DNA of 64,000 nt from Curvularia clavata (taxonomy: Eukaryota): NCBI GenBank assembly GCA_023920165.1, contig CP089278.1:2170001-2234000 (forward strand), written 5' to 3'. The position numbers and the translations under genes are program-made. Below, piece after piece: positions 1-12,813 of this stretch. The notes under the pieces are model-generated. The model was given only the letters and a program-made list of their open reading frames with translations. It searched no databases and was not told the DNA's origin. Each line of letters begins with the position of its first letter. Positions within the stretch are counted from its first letter, which is position 1.

Positions 1-2
1 CT

Positions 3-242
3 TCAACGGCATACACACGCCGCCGCCAGTTTGTCCAGGAGGAGTGGGACACGTACTTTAGCAACGGGCGTGCGGAGCAGGTCACTGGCGGCTGGAAGAG
101 CATTCTCATGTCTAACCAGGCGCTGATCAATGCTCAGGCTTCATACTCGTTCTTTTCTAACCCGTCGTTCGCGGAGACGCTGGACGGTGGCGCAAGTCGC
201 ACTTGGTATTTGGCTTACTCGGCTGCCATGTCGGGTGCATAG
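3..242 (+). CDS. C-terminal fragment of GH81 endo-1,3-beta-glucanase (Eng1/Acf2 family); gene begins upstream of the window
   Basis: The frame from position 3 reads STAYTRRRQFVQEEWDTYFSNGRAEQVTGGWKSILMSNQALINAQASYSFFSNPSFAETLDGGASRTWYLAYSAAMSGA* (TAG 240-242). EEW, GGWKxIL and LDGGASRTWYLA are typical of fungal GH81 C-termini. Not in the ORF track. Confidence 0.85.
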   Translation, partial: STAYTRRRQFVQEEWDTYFSNGRAEQVTGGWKSILMSNQALINAQASYSFFSNPSFAETLDGGASRTWYLAYSAAMSGA

Positions 243-892
243 AGCTAGAGTACCGACGATGTTTGGTGGTAGAGAAAAGATTGTGGCTTCTTGAGGGTGA
301 AATTGCCATTGCTATCTGGTGTCGGAAATGGTTTGACACAGACAGCAACGAATTATGAATTACGAGTCCTGGAGGGTTGATACATGCAGGGAAGTTGGAT
401 ATGGTGTTGTTGTATATAGGTCCGGATGTTCCAGTCTCCTGTTTGTTTCGACAGTGTATATATTCGCGAGCAATCAATGTTCATAAGCTTAAGCAATTCA
501 AGGTGTGAATTTGTGAGGTTTTGCTTGACTTCCTTCCGGGATTGTCCCATCAATTCATATTGCTTTTCATTGGCAGTTTCAAAAGTAGCAAGAGAAAGCT
601 CCGAGTGGTATAAGATATGAAATTCCATGACAGCATTTATTTTTCTAGTACGTCGCTGAGTGCATACTAATCTCTTTAGTAAACACAGCCTCTATTCATT
701 ATGGCTCAATAGCCACGAACCCAGTCTCAAACGCCATATTAATGCTAAAAAGTTTCGTAGCCATATCGGTATTCCACTTGCACCAAGTTCATGCAGTAGC
801 TCGACCAGGAAGCGTACAGCGCGTATAAATGGCCACACATCTTCTCTTCCTTGCCATTCCATGTCGAGTTCCTCTGATAAACGACAAGGCAC

Positions 893-1903
893 CTAGAACC
901 AGACCACGCACATGGTCACGGCAACAGCCAATGCATACACCTGGGCAGACACAGGACCCCCGAATGCCAGTGACGCAGCCGACTTCTTGGGGACGTTGTT
1001 GGTCGTGGGGCCGCCCATATACCATGAGCCAATATCTGTCAACTTGCCGTCTTGGGTCAACATAGCAGCATTAGGCCCGACATTCGACACGTCTGAGCGG
1101 AAAGCGCCAAAGTAAGAGTAGTGGGTGACATTCCTGTATCAAATTCCAATATTAGCTCTGTTGCATTCTCCACAGTAAGGAGAAAGAGAAACTTACGGCC
1201 AAGAATCAAAGCTCTGTGCACTCATGTTGTAAAACTCCTGCGTCGTCTTAAGATCCTGATTCGGATATCCATATTCGGTGACCCAAACAGTCAAGTTGGG
1301 CCATTTGTTCGTCACTTGTCCGACATGGCTCATCATGCCTTCAAAGTTACCGTACCAATGTACGGGAATAAAATCCGGATTGCATCCTCCAGCGCACTCG
1401 TTGAAAAAATTGTCGAGCCACTCCCACCCAGACTGTGCGCCTGTAACGGCGGGCGCACCCAGCTTGACGCCGAGCTCCTTTAGCGGCTCGATTTCTGCTT
1501 TCCAGCGGGCGGCGGCCAGACTTACAGCCAGACTCGAACCGCCAGTGTCATAGCCGCCGTCTGGCTCGTTGAAACCAAGTACGTAAGAGATATTTGTGCC
1601 GGACTCAATTTGCTTCTTGACCGAGTCGAGGAACGGGGTGCCTTTGTCGTCTGCACTGGCGCCCCAGAGCATAGGCACGAATTGCATAGCGGCGTCTTTG
1701 GCATATTCTGCCGTCGGCTCATATTTGTAGTTGTAGTACCATGTTGGAGGTGAAGGACCAGTTTGCCAGATTTTGTCGTCCTCTGGATATTTATTCGAGG
1801 GGACGTGGCAGAGACCGCGTTTGGAGGATGTTGAGGCGGTGGATTGCGCTGCGGTGCTGGTGAGCAGCGCCGTTGTGGCGGAGAGAAGAACGGTGCGTCG
1901 CAT
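893..1903 (-). CDS. GH128 (Asl1-like) beta-1,3-glucanase, secreted, probably GPI-anchored; 2 exons (intron ~1134-1196)
   Basis: Signal peptide MRRTVLLSATTALLTSTAA, then motifs KRGL, WYYNY, FVPMLWG, LGFNEPD, VHWY and WVTEYG. A GTAAGT..GCTAAT..CAG intron joins to NVTHYSYFGAFRSDVSNVG. Hydrophobic C-terminal tail ...VYALAVAVTMCVVWF*. Confidence 0.88.
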
Positions 1904-4016
1904 GGCCGTTGGAGAGGATATATAGTTTTCCAGAATATTTTCTTCTTCGACGATCTTTTTGTACTGGTGATGATCCGAGACCTGAGTAGTCGGGAACGTG
2001 GTCGTACCAGGAATGGAGATAGCGGTTCTTCGAATCAATGGACGCGACTTTGTAACGAGAGAGTCGGAATGCGATAGATAAGATCAAAAGTGACGTGAAC
2101 AACAGACCACTTAGTAGCGAACGACGAAAGGTAAAGAATACCCTCTGTTCTCTCAAGCAGCAGGAGCAGCGTACAAGACCAACTCTTTTTCCCAGCGAGG
2201 TCTCCCTTCAAACGACAACAAAAAAGCCACAAACCACAGCGGCCACAAAAACAGCCCACGCCCGCATTAATAAAAGGAGACAGAATCGTCCTTGATACGC
2301 ACGACGCAAGCCACCAAGAGCACACCCGCGGCGCTTGGCGACCTTGTCAATACCCAAAACAGCGGGTACTTTGCTCAACCAAAAGGGGACCAGACCGTCC
2401 AAGTAATCCCAAAAAAGAAGCCTCGGGAAGGGATGGAATGCGGGGCCCTGACTCTTGTCGATGCTATCCTATCCTTATCGCGGTCTGTAGCCGAAACCCG
2501 CTCGATACGCCATCTTCACGATCCAGAACAACGCATTCGACATGGGGATGCGGACAAGGGCGAAAGCGGCCGAAGAAAAGATTCCCAAAACTCTATCCAA
2601 AATGGGAGCGACGGCGACAAAGCAGGCTAGACAGGAAACTAGGCTGGCGGATGGCAGACTAGGCGCTACGCAGCCCCAGCCTTCCAGCCCCGAGCCCCAA
2701 CTATCGAAAATAGCGACAGCGCGCGTATATCCGATTTGTGTTCAGCGCAGATGACATTTCCAGAGGCATCGGAATTTCTTCAAAAAAAAAAAAAGGCCCA
2801 AAGCTCTCTTGTAGATATTCACGCATCAAGAAAGGGGAGGCAAAGTCAAAGCTCTGGAAAACTTCCACCCTCCAGTCTAGAACTCAACTCGTCCATGACA
2901 TGACGCAGGTACACAAACTCGCTAGCTGACCAGCTCAGCCACGCCCAGTCCCCAAGCCGCCGCCGCCGCCATCCGCTCAGCCTAGCCCCCAGCCAAACAC
3001 TTTCAGCCGCACGACAAAGTTCCGCGGCGGTGGAGTGGTAGAAGAGTAGATTGAACAGAATATCCGACTTTTCTACGTTTTGTAGGCAATACGGAGTATA
3101 AGGAAATAAATGGGCAGAGGGACGCACAGGGAAAGGACATGGTAGAAAGGGACGAACGGGCGGCCCGGCCGGGAGATCGGCATTTCTCTTATCTGTCTCT
3201 GCTGTTGAGTGCGGAACAAGGAAAAACCAATGGGAAGATGCATGGATGCTTTGCTTTTCAGTCTCACAGAGCATGAGAAGCAAATACTCGCCGGGAAAAG
3301 TTTCCATCGAATCGATGTAGTGATCAGACCAGGGTTCTGCGTGTTTTCATCTCAACGTAGTGTAGGTAGACGTCTAGGGTGTAATGTAAGCACACAACCA
3401 ATGTCTAGAAGCGAAGAATCTTGAAGATGTTTGGTATTTCAATATACGGTATTTGACATCCACAGTTACACACTCCCCCTTGCCTCTCTTCTTTTCTCCC
3501 ACCGGTCCTTCTATCTTCTTTCCTTCTTCCTGATCCAAAGCCCTTTCTCCCCTTCGACTCCATACTTTCCCCTCTCTCTCCCCCTTACATCACAAACACA
3601 CCTCTTCCTCACACAACAACAGAATAGAGAAGAGATATCGGCGCGTAAGCCCCAGGCTCAACCGCGGTAGGCGTGAGAATTACAAAAGAGCTGGTATCGG
3701 GTTCTTCTTCCTTGTAGACAAAACGAAAAGCAGAGGTGTAGTAATAAGATATGGTAGTAAAAAAAAACGACTCAATGAAAGATTCGTAATTGGGGGCGAA
3801 AACCAAGGCAAGTAATAGGGGACATGCCTCGTCAGATGCAATCGAGCTGGTATATTGGTATATTTGACACGCTCTATTTGTCAAACAACCACCGCCAAAT
3901 ACAAGACACAAAAGAAACGCAAGGAAAACGGGGGAATCAGTTGCCTAGACGGCTGATGTATCTACAGTCCGCCTAGGGCTTCGCTCTGAAAAATGATTTA
4001 CAACCCTGCTCAACCT

Positions 4017-6314
4017 CTAGTAGCCTCGCTGAGGTTGCCAGGGAGCGTTGGCAGCGTATCCTGGAGGTTGACGGTAGCCCATCTCTGCGTCAGGTCCTGG
4101 ACTGCTATCCCGGCTTTGCTGTCGATCGTGCGAAGGTGCACGGCCGAATGTCGAGGCGTCGGCAAGGAGATGACCTTGGTCGTCTCCGAACGCGCGACCA
4201 CCAGGGCCTTGGTAAGCAGTGTGTTGCTCGGCCAAAGGCACACGGTCGTAGCCCTCGGTGCGGGGCCCAAAGGGCGAGGGAAGAGATGTGCGCTTGTACT
4301 CTTGGGGATCCATGAGAAGCGAGTTGCGCGCGTCAAGAGGAGTAAGGTTGTCGAGGTCACGAGCTTTCTCTGATGAGGCTGTTAGTGACGTTCCTACATA
4401 GTAAAAATTTTCAGACTTACCGGCTTCCTTTCTCTTCTTGCGGTGGGGGTTTTCCTTGCAGCAAATGATGATTGCGTTGACAGCAATGAGTATGCCCAAA
4501 ACACCAGTCAAGGAAGCCTGGACAACGACCAGGACCAGACCAGTGACCGTCTTAGTTGTCTGGCTCATGCCTAGCTCCTCAACGAAAACCAGAATGCAGA
4601 CGACCGACAGGACGCGAATGACGGAAATACTGATGTTGATCCAGTTGCTGGACTTGAGAGTGTACGGACGAGCCCAGAGAAGCATGATCAGGAGGAGGGA
4701 CTCGACGATGAGTTGACCAGCAGCTTGGGCGAGACCATGGCCATCTGCGCCTGCGATGACACATCCACGAGCAAAGAGGAAGACAATGGCTGGTACAAAG
4801 ATCCACCAGTAGCTCTTCCTGTAGTTTTCGTAGAAGATGCTGTACTTGCGCCAAACGTCCTTGTCGTCGTAGAGAATATCAGGCTTGCCCTCCATCTTCT
4901 TGAACTTGTTCGCAATGCTCCAAATCCTCCAGGTAAAGAAACCCAACACTCCGGTAAAGGCAGCCAGGGTAATACCAGCTAGCGCTTTGACGGCCCAAGA
5001 GTCACCATTCTTGAACTGGTAAACACAGTACAAAACCCAGATACCGTACAGCAACAGGATCAAGTTGGTGATTGTCTTGGCCAGAGTCCACCAGTATCGC
5101 TTGCGGAAGCTGGTCAGACGCTTGGGGAAGCTGCCGAACAAAGCCCAAGTCTCGAGAATGACCTTGAAGAGGAGGATACCGACTGTGATGGCCGCGATGA
5201 CAATGGCGAAGATGAGCAAAACGGTCATGAAGGCGTTGCGGTCAGGGATTGTGTACTCCTGGATGTAGCCCTGCATGTCCTTGGCGTAGACCATGATCTT
5301 GTTGTCGCTGCTGGCCGCTGGCTCGGTGTCCTGGTTGACGTTGGTGTTCAGCTCATCACGAGCCCAGAGCAGCACATTCATGGCGCGCTTGGTCAAGCTC
5401 TGGTCCTGGTTGACGTGAACGAGGGTAGCGTTCTTGAGAAAGTCGATGTTGTTATCGGTAAGGTTGCCGCCAGTGTTCTTGCGGAAGGTGTCGATGGAGC
5501 GCTGCATGTCATCCCAGCAGATCAGACCCGTACTGAAGCCAAAGTTCTTGGACCAGCTGCGATAGACACCAGGAACGTCAGCGCTCATCATGCCGTTCAG
5601 AGCCATGGCCTGGAACCATCCGATAACATCTCCAAAGGTAGGGCTGGACTGCGGGGCGCCAGCATGTCCAGCACTCGCCAGGGAAGCCATGCCAGTAACA
5701 ACGAGAGCTCCGGCCGCGATACCGGCAGCAACGTATTGCACGCCGGTAGTCGAAAGGGACTTTCCGTTGGTGACTGACGAGGTGATACAGGCCAGATCTT
5801 GGTTAGTATCAATAGAACGAAGGTACATCTTGGCCTGACTGTCAATATCGGGGATGTTGAAAGCAATGGAGGGGATTTGGGACATGATGTCGTCGGGAAT
5901 GCTCTGTTCGCCCTTTGCGCTGAAGGTGCCCGAGGGAACTGTATGATGTTAGTATCGCACTCGATACTGGTAGTGGCAGAGTATGTACGAACCTGGACAC
6001 AGCTGGTCGACCTTGACATCGCCGTCGCAGGGGTTGAAGGTCCTGTTGTAGACGTTTCTACCATAGGCGGCTACTGTGAGCGTCGCCATGACCTTTTGCG
6101 ACTTCTCATTTGTGCCGGATACATCGAACACGACCTTCTTGGTGGAGCGGTCGAATGTGATGTCGAGCTTGTTGACGACAATGTCTGAAGGGCCGTCCAA
6201 GCAAGAGCTGAAGCCGTTGGTCTGCAGAACGTCGCCAGCCAGAACACCCAGAGGGGCCGAGGCCAGTAGTATGAAGGGGGCGAGGAAGGCGGAGCCTCTC
6301 GCGGTGAGTCTCAT
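4017..6314 (-). CDS. Flc/Pkd2-family TRP-like channel (flavin carrier-like); introns ~5939-5991 and 4370-4420
   Basis: Signal peptide plus GDVLQTNGFSSCL..FNPC..LCP (TRP_N/ML-like domain) and IPSIAFNIPDID..LACI..VTNGKS. Followed by WFQAMALNGM..P.VYRSWSKNF, multiple TM helices, and KYSIFYENYRKSYWWIFVP. Confidence 0.9.
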
Positions 6315-9300
6315 TTTGTTGGTGGTGGTCGTCCGCCCGCGGGCGTTCCTCACAAGCGTGGGCGACTTTCGATAGCGAGCGGCGTATGCGATGGGGGGTG
6401 TCGAAGAGTAGGGAGCAAGGAAAAAGGGAGCAACGGGCAGATTACAATCGAGTAGCGAAGCGCAGGTTCAACGAGGTGGTACCTGGTGGTTGAAGGTGGA
6501 AAGAAAGGGCAAAACAAGGGGTGGGTGGATGGCCGACGGCGGATGGCGGGCGCGTCTGGGCAAATGCGACGGCAGCAGCAATGGCGACAGCAGCAAAGAT
6601 GAAACGGATAACGAACGAGAGCGAGCGATGGGGTTGAGGAGGAGAAAGAAAGGCGCCCCAGGGCGGTATTCTGCGTCTGGTCTGAAACCGTGCGGGCACA
6701 GGGCCAAGGGGGGTGCACGCGAATCAGGCAAGGACGCGCGGCGCTAGGCACAGCTAGGTCCGCCTCTGGCGCGGGTCTTCTGGGTCCAGCGCTATCGAAG
6801 GATGTGTGCGGTTGTTGGGCCGCGTTCGAGAACACGAGCGGTGCGAGATGTGCGAGAACGAGCGGTGGCAGCCGTGGCAGCGTTGGTGGTGCGCGGGCGG
6901 CAAAGGGGCTGGTGTTTGTTTTTAACTGTCGTTGCCCTGAGCGGCTGCGCCCGAACCTGACCTGACTTGGCTGTGTGCGCACCGCGTTGCCACAAATACC
7001 ACAGACGACATGGCGGTGCACGCAAATGCTTAGCAAGACAAGTCACCCAAGATGTCTTGTACCACCATGGCACACTCGAGCTGGACAGCGATACGGTCCT
7101 GGGCCAGCCCATCGGCGCCCTTGTCGGGGGCCCGCTGTCGCGCCCACCTCAACCACCCAAGGGACGCCTTTGACAGCTCAACACCCGTCTCGACCTTGTT
7201 TCTTGTCCTGGTACAGCTACGTAACTAGCATGTGGATACATGCGTATCGACACCCACACAAAAGCGGTGCATTTCCTGCTGCTGCTGCTGTTGCTGCCGC
7301 TCTGGTGCACAAGTCGCTCAAGCAACATTCTGCCCGCACCCTGGTCGCTGGGCCCTCGCCCGGCCGTTGGCCGCGTGGCTGTGCTGTGCAGTCCTCGTAA
7401 AAATAGAAAAAAAACTGCTCCATACACTGGGCCACCACATGGCGGCCATTTTCTCTCTTGCAGCGGCTGCTCCGATCAGCACAAAGTATTGGCTATGACG
7501 TGTGGTTGGTGTAGACGAGCGGCTGTGCAGGTCTGCAAATATGTACCACATGCTAGACCATGGTCGCATGAGCAAACCACAATGTGAGCGGCCAACTCTT
7601 CACGCTGCCAAGACGCTCCCGACGGTTCGTGTGCTCGTATGCAATGGTGGTCGTTGCTTGCGGTCCACTCCCCCCTCTCTCTCCAGAGCCAGCCAGAATC
7701 CAGTCACTCATTGCCACCACCCCGGCCTGCATGCACCCCAAAAGCAGTGGCCACACACCCGTCATGTCCACCTAGTAGGGCGTTACCTTACTCTGTCACT
7801 ATCCATCCATCCATCTATCTTGCACCGTACTCACAGCGCTTGCAATCCCCATGTGATGCCTGAGCCTCGCCGAATCCTACACCGTGGCTGCGCCCGTTGG
7901 GTGCTCGTGCCGGCATCTAGAACGGCTTATCCGAAGTAATTTCACGGTAATTTCGCATATTCACGGCCATTGCTCCTTCAATCAAACCTTGCACTGCACA
8001 TGGGATTGGTCTGTTGTTGCCAGCACTGCACACGTGACCGGCTCGACTTGCTTGGATGCTCCTTGGGTAGCTGTCTCTGATGTCGAGTGAACAAACATTA
8101 TCATGTGATAATCATATCACGTGCCTATGCTCACCTTCCCGCTCCGATCATGACTATCCGAAACACGACTATTTGTTGTCGATTCCTATCTTGACGACGA
8201 CTACTAAGGAGCCTGGCCACCATCTTGTTCTTCCCGGGCTCGCCGAGGAAGTCTTTTTGCCTATGTTTCCAATGGCAACATGGAGCAATCTGCCACCCAA
8301 ACAGAATCAAGCTATGCGCTGCTCATCATTTTCAAAGCGCCACCAAGGTACTCTTGTTTCGCCTGCTGGGGGTTAATGTTTTGTAAGCTGTGCTTTGCGA
8401 ACGTAGCTCATATCCGGCACAGTGACTATGCCATGGTGGGGATGTCGATAGAGATGAAATTGGCAAAAACATCTCGAGTGCACAGGAAGGTGCCCTTTCG
8501 TGAACGAGTGCCTGTCGTCTTGTGCGCGCAGCCTGGCATGACTGTCGTTTTTATACTCCTCCTTCTCTTCGTTCAAATCCCTCTCATCCCTATCGTTGCT
8601 CAAGCCATGTTGACATCTCCCACATTGCCCTCTTCCTACTCTTTCCTGACGCCATGAACTGTATTTTATCCAACATCGCTTCCCCGATCCCTACGTGTCA
8701 TCATCCTGCGTCATTTTGTTGCTAGTCCAGGGGAAAGGTGTTGTACAACGGGTGCGCAACGGCCGAGACTGCCGACCACATCCATCGACTCCGAACCTTA
8801 CAATAATCCGACAGCACATCGCATCATCCGAGAGCACTTACGCCAGTGCTTCATGTGCCTCCTACAGCTATCCAAGGCCAGGCAGCAACATTAAGAACCC
8901 CAAGAGACATGTTGTCCTTTTCATCTCAGTAGCGAGCAATGCGAGGAACGATGGAAACACTACCGCGCTACCCTCTTTGGCCATGCCCTAAACCCCATCT
9001 GGTATTGCTTGCGAGAAAACCCATCGACCAACGCCCACTCCCCTTTCGTCATGGCATTTCGGCGCACATTGTTCTGCCGAGTCGGACTGCCAATGTTTCC
9101 ATCGCCGTCCTCACAATGTTGTTTCTGGTGTAAACACCTGCTTCCGGCTCTCCCCATTGGTCGTCCTGTCTACGCTCCTTGCGCATTCGGGCGTTCGATT
9201 GCCATTTCACATCCCAGACTCCAGTCCTCACATTGCCGATACACAGGGTCATCTTAGGCATTGTAGGAATCCACATACATTGACTCGATAGTCGCGTGTG

Positions 9301-9569
9301 CTCGGCCATCATTGTGGTGCGCTTCCGCCTGCTCAGAACCTTGTCCAAGTTTCGCACCTCGACGCCGGTTGCTGCAATCTAGTCGTCACGGAGATTTAAT
9401 AGTAGTCGTACGCTTTGGGGGCAGTGTCACCGCAAAATCCATTTAGGGACACGCTTATTCCTCTTCCCAATCCGCTGGTAGCCACGACTTCCAGGCCAAA
9501 AGAACGAGTATCGGGTGAAAAATTTGTTCATAATCTTTCTTGCGTCCCTTCCATTACTTATATACCATC

Positions 9570-11740
9570 ATGGTTTACACTGGTAAGCCAAGTCGGGGAT
9601 GTGGCATGTGTAAGACGCGCCGAATAAAGGTATGTATGACCTTTTCGCAACCATTGCTCTTTTGATTCAATTCAGGGTCCTGGTTGTCGTTCCGCAACCA
9701 GAGCAATGCGCTGTCATACTTTGGTTCGCCCACTAACCATACCCAGTGCGACGAGAAACGCCCGACTTGTGGCAATTGCAAAAAGTCGTCGCGTATATGT
9801 CCAGGATATCCAGACGATTTCGACCTAGTCTTCCGAGACGAGAACAAGGCCATGGCCAAAAAGGCCAGGAAATCTTCTGGGACTACACGGTCAGGTAGTA
9901 CTAGCACTGGGAGTTCTAGCTCGCATGCGTCTCCATATCTGTATGTATTAGACCGAACTAATAGCCCTGCCCCGCTTGAAGCCGCCGACCGGTACCAATC
10001 AGGCCAATCCTGTTGTGTTCATACCGGTGTGGACTATCTCCTGTCACATGTGATTTGCGTGAGCCGAGAACGTCAGCTAACCCCATTAGGTCACAATCTT
10101 CAACATTCGAAGTAACCTCAGTGGACCTTGCATTCCCTAGAGAAGAGGCTTTGGTGAGGACAAGGCCAGAATCCCAACAACCGTCGGACCCGACTCAATC
10201 AGAACAATGGCTGGCACTATCTAGCCACAAGCCACCTTCACAATCCTTGGACCAATCATTCGACTTTGAAACTTTCATATGGAATTTCGAAAATACCGTG
10301 CCAACCAGCATCTTCCTCTCGCCAGAATGCGAGGCAGTACCCTTCTTCTTCAAAAACTTCATCACCTTGCCGCAGCAAGCCGAAAGCACAAGAGGATACC
10401 TTGAGTATCTCGTCCCGCTCTATAATCGCGCCCGCCCGTCGTCTGTGTTGCACCTTGCCACTGATGCCGTTGCAATGGCAACATGTGGTCAGTATCCTGG
10501 CCGACACAGGTTGCTTCGTGAAGCAGTGTCTACCTACGGAAAGGCTCTCAAGAAGCTACATGAAGACCTTCGGGATCCTAAGATGTCCAAGAGCGATGAG
10601 ACAGTCCTTGCCATACTCATGTTCTCTCTATATGAAGTAAGTTGATTGGTTGCTCTTGTGACATATTGCCTTGATCTTGTTTCTGATACTGTGTAGACAA
10701 TCATGAGCACCGATGACACAATCACGGCGTGGGGAAACCACGTCGACGGAGCTGTCACACTGGTAAAACTAAGAGGGACCGATCAATTCAACGATCCTAT
10801 GTCACATGCTATGTTTCGTGCAGTACGCACCATGATGGTAATACTCAACATGTTGCTCGTTAGGAATCGTGACTAAGCCAACGTAGATCACAAGCTGCGT
10901 GCAGCGATCCAAGCCCATCGATTCATTTCCTAGTGCCGCGGGGTGGATTGGACACGGCGACATCAGCGAGGAAAATGCTGCAAATCGACTAACACTCATT
11001 TGCATTGATCTGCCCAACCTCCGTGCCCGCGCAAACACCCTTACATCCTCCCCCTACGACACCACCTACAGATCTGAAGCCAAAGAGATACTCGAATTTG
11101 CACAAACAGTCGATGGAAATCTCGAGGAATGGTACCGTACCCTGCCATCAGAATGGAAGCATCGTATTATTGGCGTTTTCAGTGAGACGCTCGCGCCTGA
11201 AGATATTGCATTGGCGGAAAAGTGGCCGGGCGAACAGCACGTGTACCACGACGTTCCTCTCGCCAGTATCATTAACGACTACCGTGTTTGCCGGATTTTC
11301 TGTCGCCGCGTCATGATGGCTTGCATAACATGGCTGAGCTCTGGAGGGGAATTCATAGACGAAAGCGAAGCGTGGGACAAGAGTGTGCTTGTCATCCAGA
11401 CAATAGTGGATGAAATCTGTGCATGTGTACCTTTTCATATGAGCTACGAGCTTCAACCTTTGGCCAAAGAAATGGGCCAGGAACAAAATGGTGCGTTCAA
11501 CCGACTGCTGGAAATGACTCTGGACATGCTGACAGTTTTACAGCCGCAGAAGCCTATGGGGGCTATTCGCTAGTCTGGCCACTCTATGTTGCGGCCAATG
11601 CTGAGACTGTGCCGCAGGACCAACGCGACTGGCTACTTGGTCGCCTCTCCATCATTGGCACAAAGTTCGGACTGAGCAGCGCACAGGTCCTTGTTCTGGC
11701 GAGGAGGCATGTTCTCACGTGCGGACCAATGTTTCCGTGA
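9570..11740 (+). CDS. Zn(II)2Cys6 fungal transcription factor (multi-exon)
   Basis: Exon 1 MVYTGKPSRGCGMCKTRRIK splices (intron 9630-9746) to CDEKRPTCGNCKKSSRICPGY. Further introns at 9941-10089, ~10637-10696, ~10838-10885 and ~11491-11543. Middle region YGKAL..L.DP..SDETVLAILMFSLYE / WGNHVDGAVTLVKLRG; ends GGYSLVWPL...GPMFP*. Confidence 0.9.
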
Positions 11741-12433
11741 AGTGCTGTGGGTACGGAGGGTACCCTGTAAGAACAAGGAGACAAACGGATACACAGCCAA
11801 GTTCAGATTGGAGGAACATGGTCGCCAGCCGGCGGTACTGGAGAGTAGGCCTGGGGAAACGCGTAATCGTAGTCATCCCTACGGAGCTCGTATTCTCATG
11901 ATTCACGCCAGCTGCAAGACCAAGTCCAGATTCGTCGACACCATATGCATACATGTACTTCTACTGCGCAGTACATACAACATTCAGGGACCAAACCACT
12001 ACTCAAGACCTACTAGTTCGAAACTGCACTCCCGGTCGCCAATTCACGCATCGGGACGGAGCAATCCGGTGCGGGCCGACTCGGCTTATTAGCCACCCAG
12101 AAGTGGCTTAGCACTATCATATTTGAGGCGCAGTAGTCACACCAAATGAAGGCTCAACGCCTCATCATCATCCGCTGCGACAGCCCGCGTGTGAGCTGAA
12201 CTTCTACTCTCCTCCTCTAATAAAGAGGCGATCGCATCTTGCAGTTCAGGTTCTCATCAGTCGCCCTCCAGCCTTTCGTTCACGCGCGCGCTTCCACCAC
12301 CCACCCCACCCACATACGTCTTCCTGCCCCGCCCACCACGGTCTCTGCTGCCCCTCGAAGTCGGTGAAACCTGCAACTGGCCCACGCACCTCACCCAACC
12401 ATCGTCGATCCATCTCCACTCTGTGCAGCAGCC

Positions 12434-12813
12434 ATGGGCGCACTGAATCTCATTCCGCTCTTCATTCTCTTCGCTGTAGTCGCTGGCCTCGGCTGGATTG
12501 GGTACCAGGTAAGCCCTTCCCCACTTGGTTGTCTGTGCCTTGCAGTCAGCATATGTACATTCTGCGCGCATATGCAACAAAGCCCGACATCCCGACTGAC
12601 TTCAAAACAAACTAGATCTACCTCTATTCGAACCAGCTAGCGGAACGCGGCACAAAGCACATGGAAAAGAAGAATGTGGTGTTCACAAAGGACGGCGCGA
12701 GAGTCGGGGTAAAGGAGATGAGTGCAGAGAAGTATACGGATAAGACGCAGAGGGCGTTTGTCAAGACATGGAATGCGGCGCAGGACACTACGGCACGCAA
12801 GGGGACGAGGTGA
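12434..12813 (+). CDS. Small (~90 aa) single-TM hypothetical fungal protein; intron 12509-12615
   Basis: MGALNLIPLFILFAVVAGLGWIGYQ splices via GTAAGC..CTGAC..TAG in frame to IYLYSNQLAERGTKHMEKKNVVFTKDGARVGVKEMSAEKYTDKTQRAFVKTWNAAQDTTARKGTR*. Confidence 0.8.

Noticed and set aside
6350..7036. 228-aa ORF upstream of the Flc gene
   Set aside because: Non-ATG start and Pro/Arg/Cys-rich composition typical of GC-rich promoter or 5'-UTR sequence.
7276..7300. (CTG)n microsatellite producing poly-Cys/Leu/Ala ORFs
   Set aside because: Simple intergenic repeat; the overlapping ORFs are artefacts of it.
8565..8590. GTTCAAATCCC, resembling a tRNA T-loop/B-box
   Set aside because: No T-stem pairing, A-box or cloverleaf around it.
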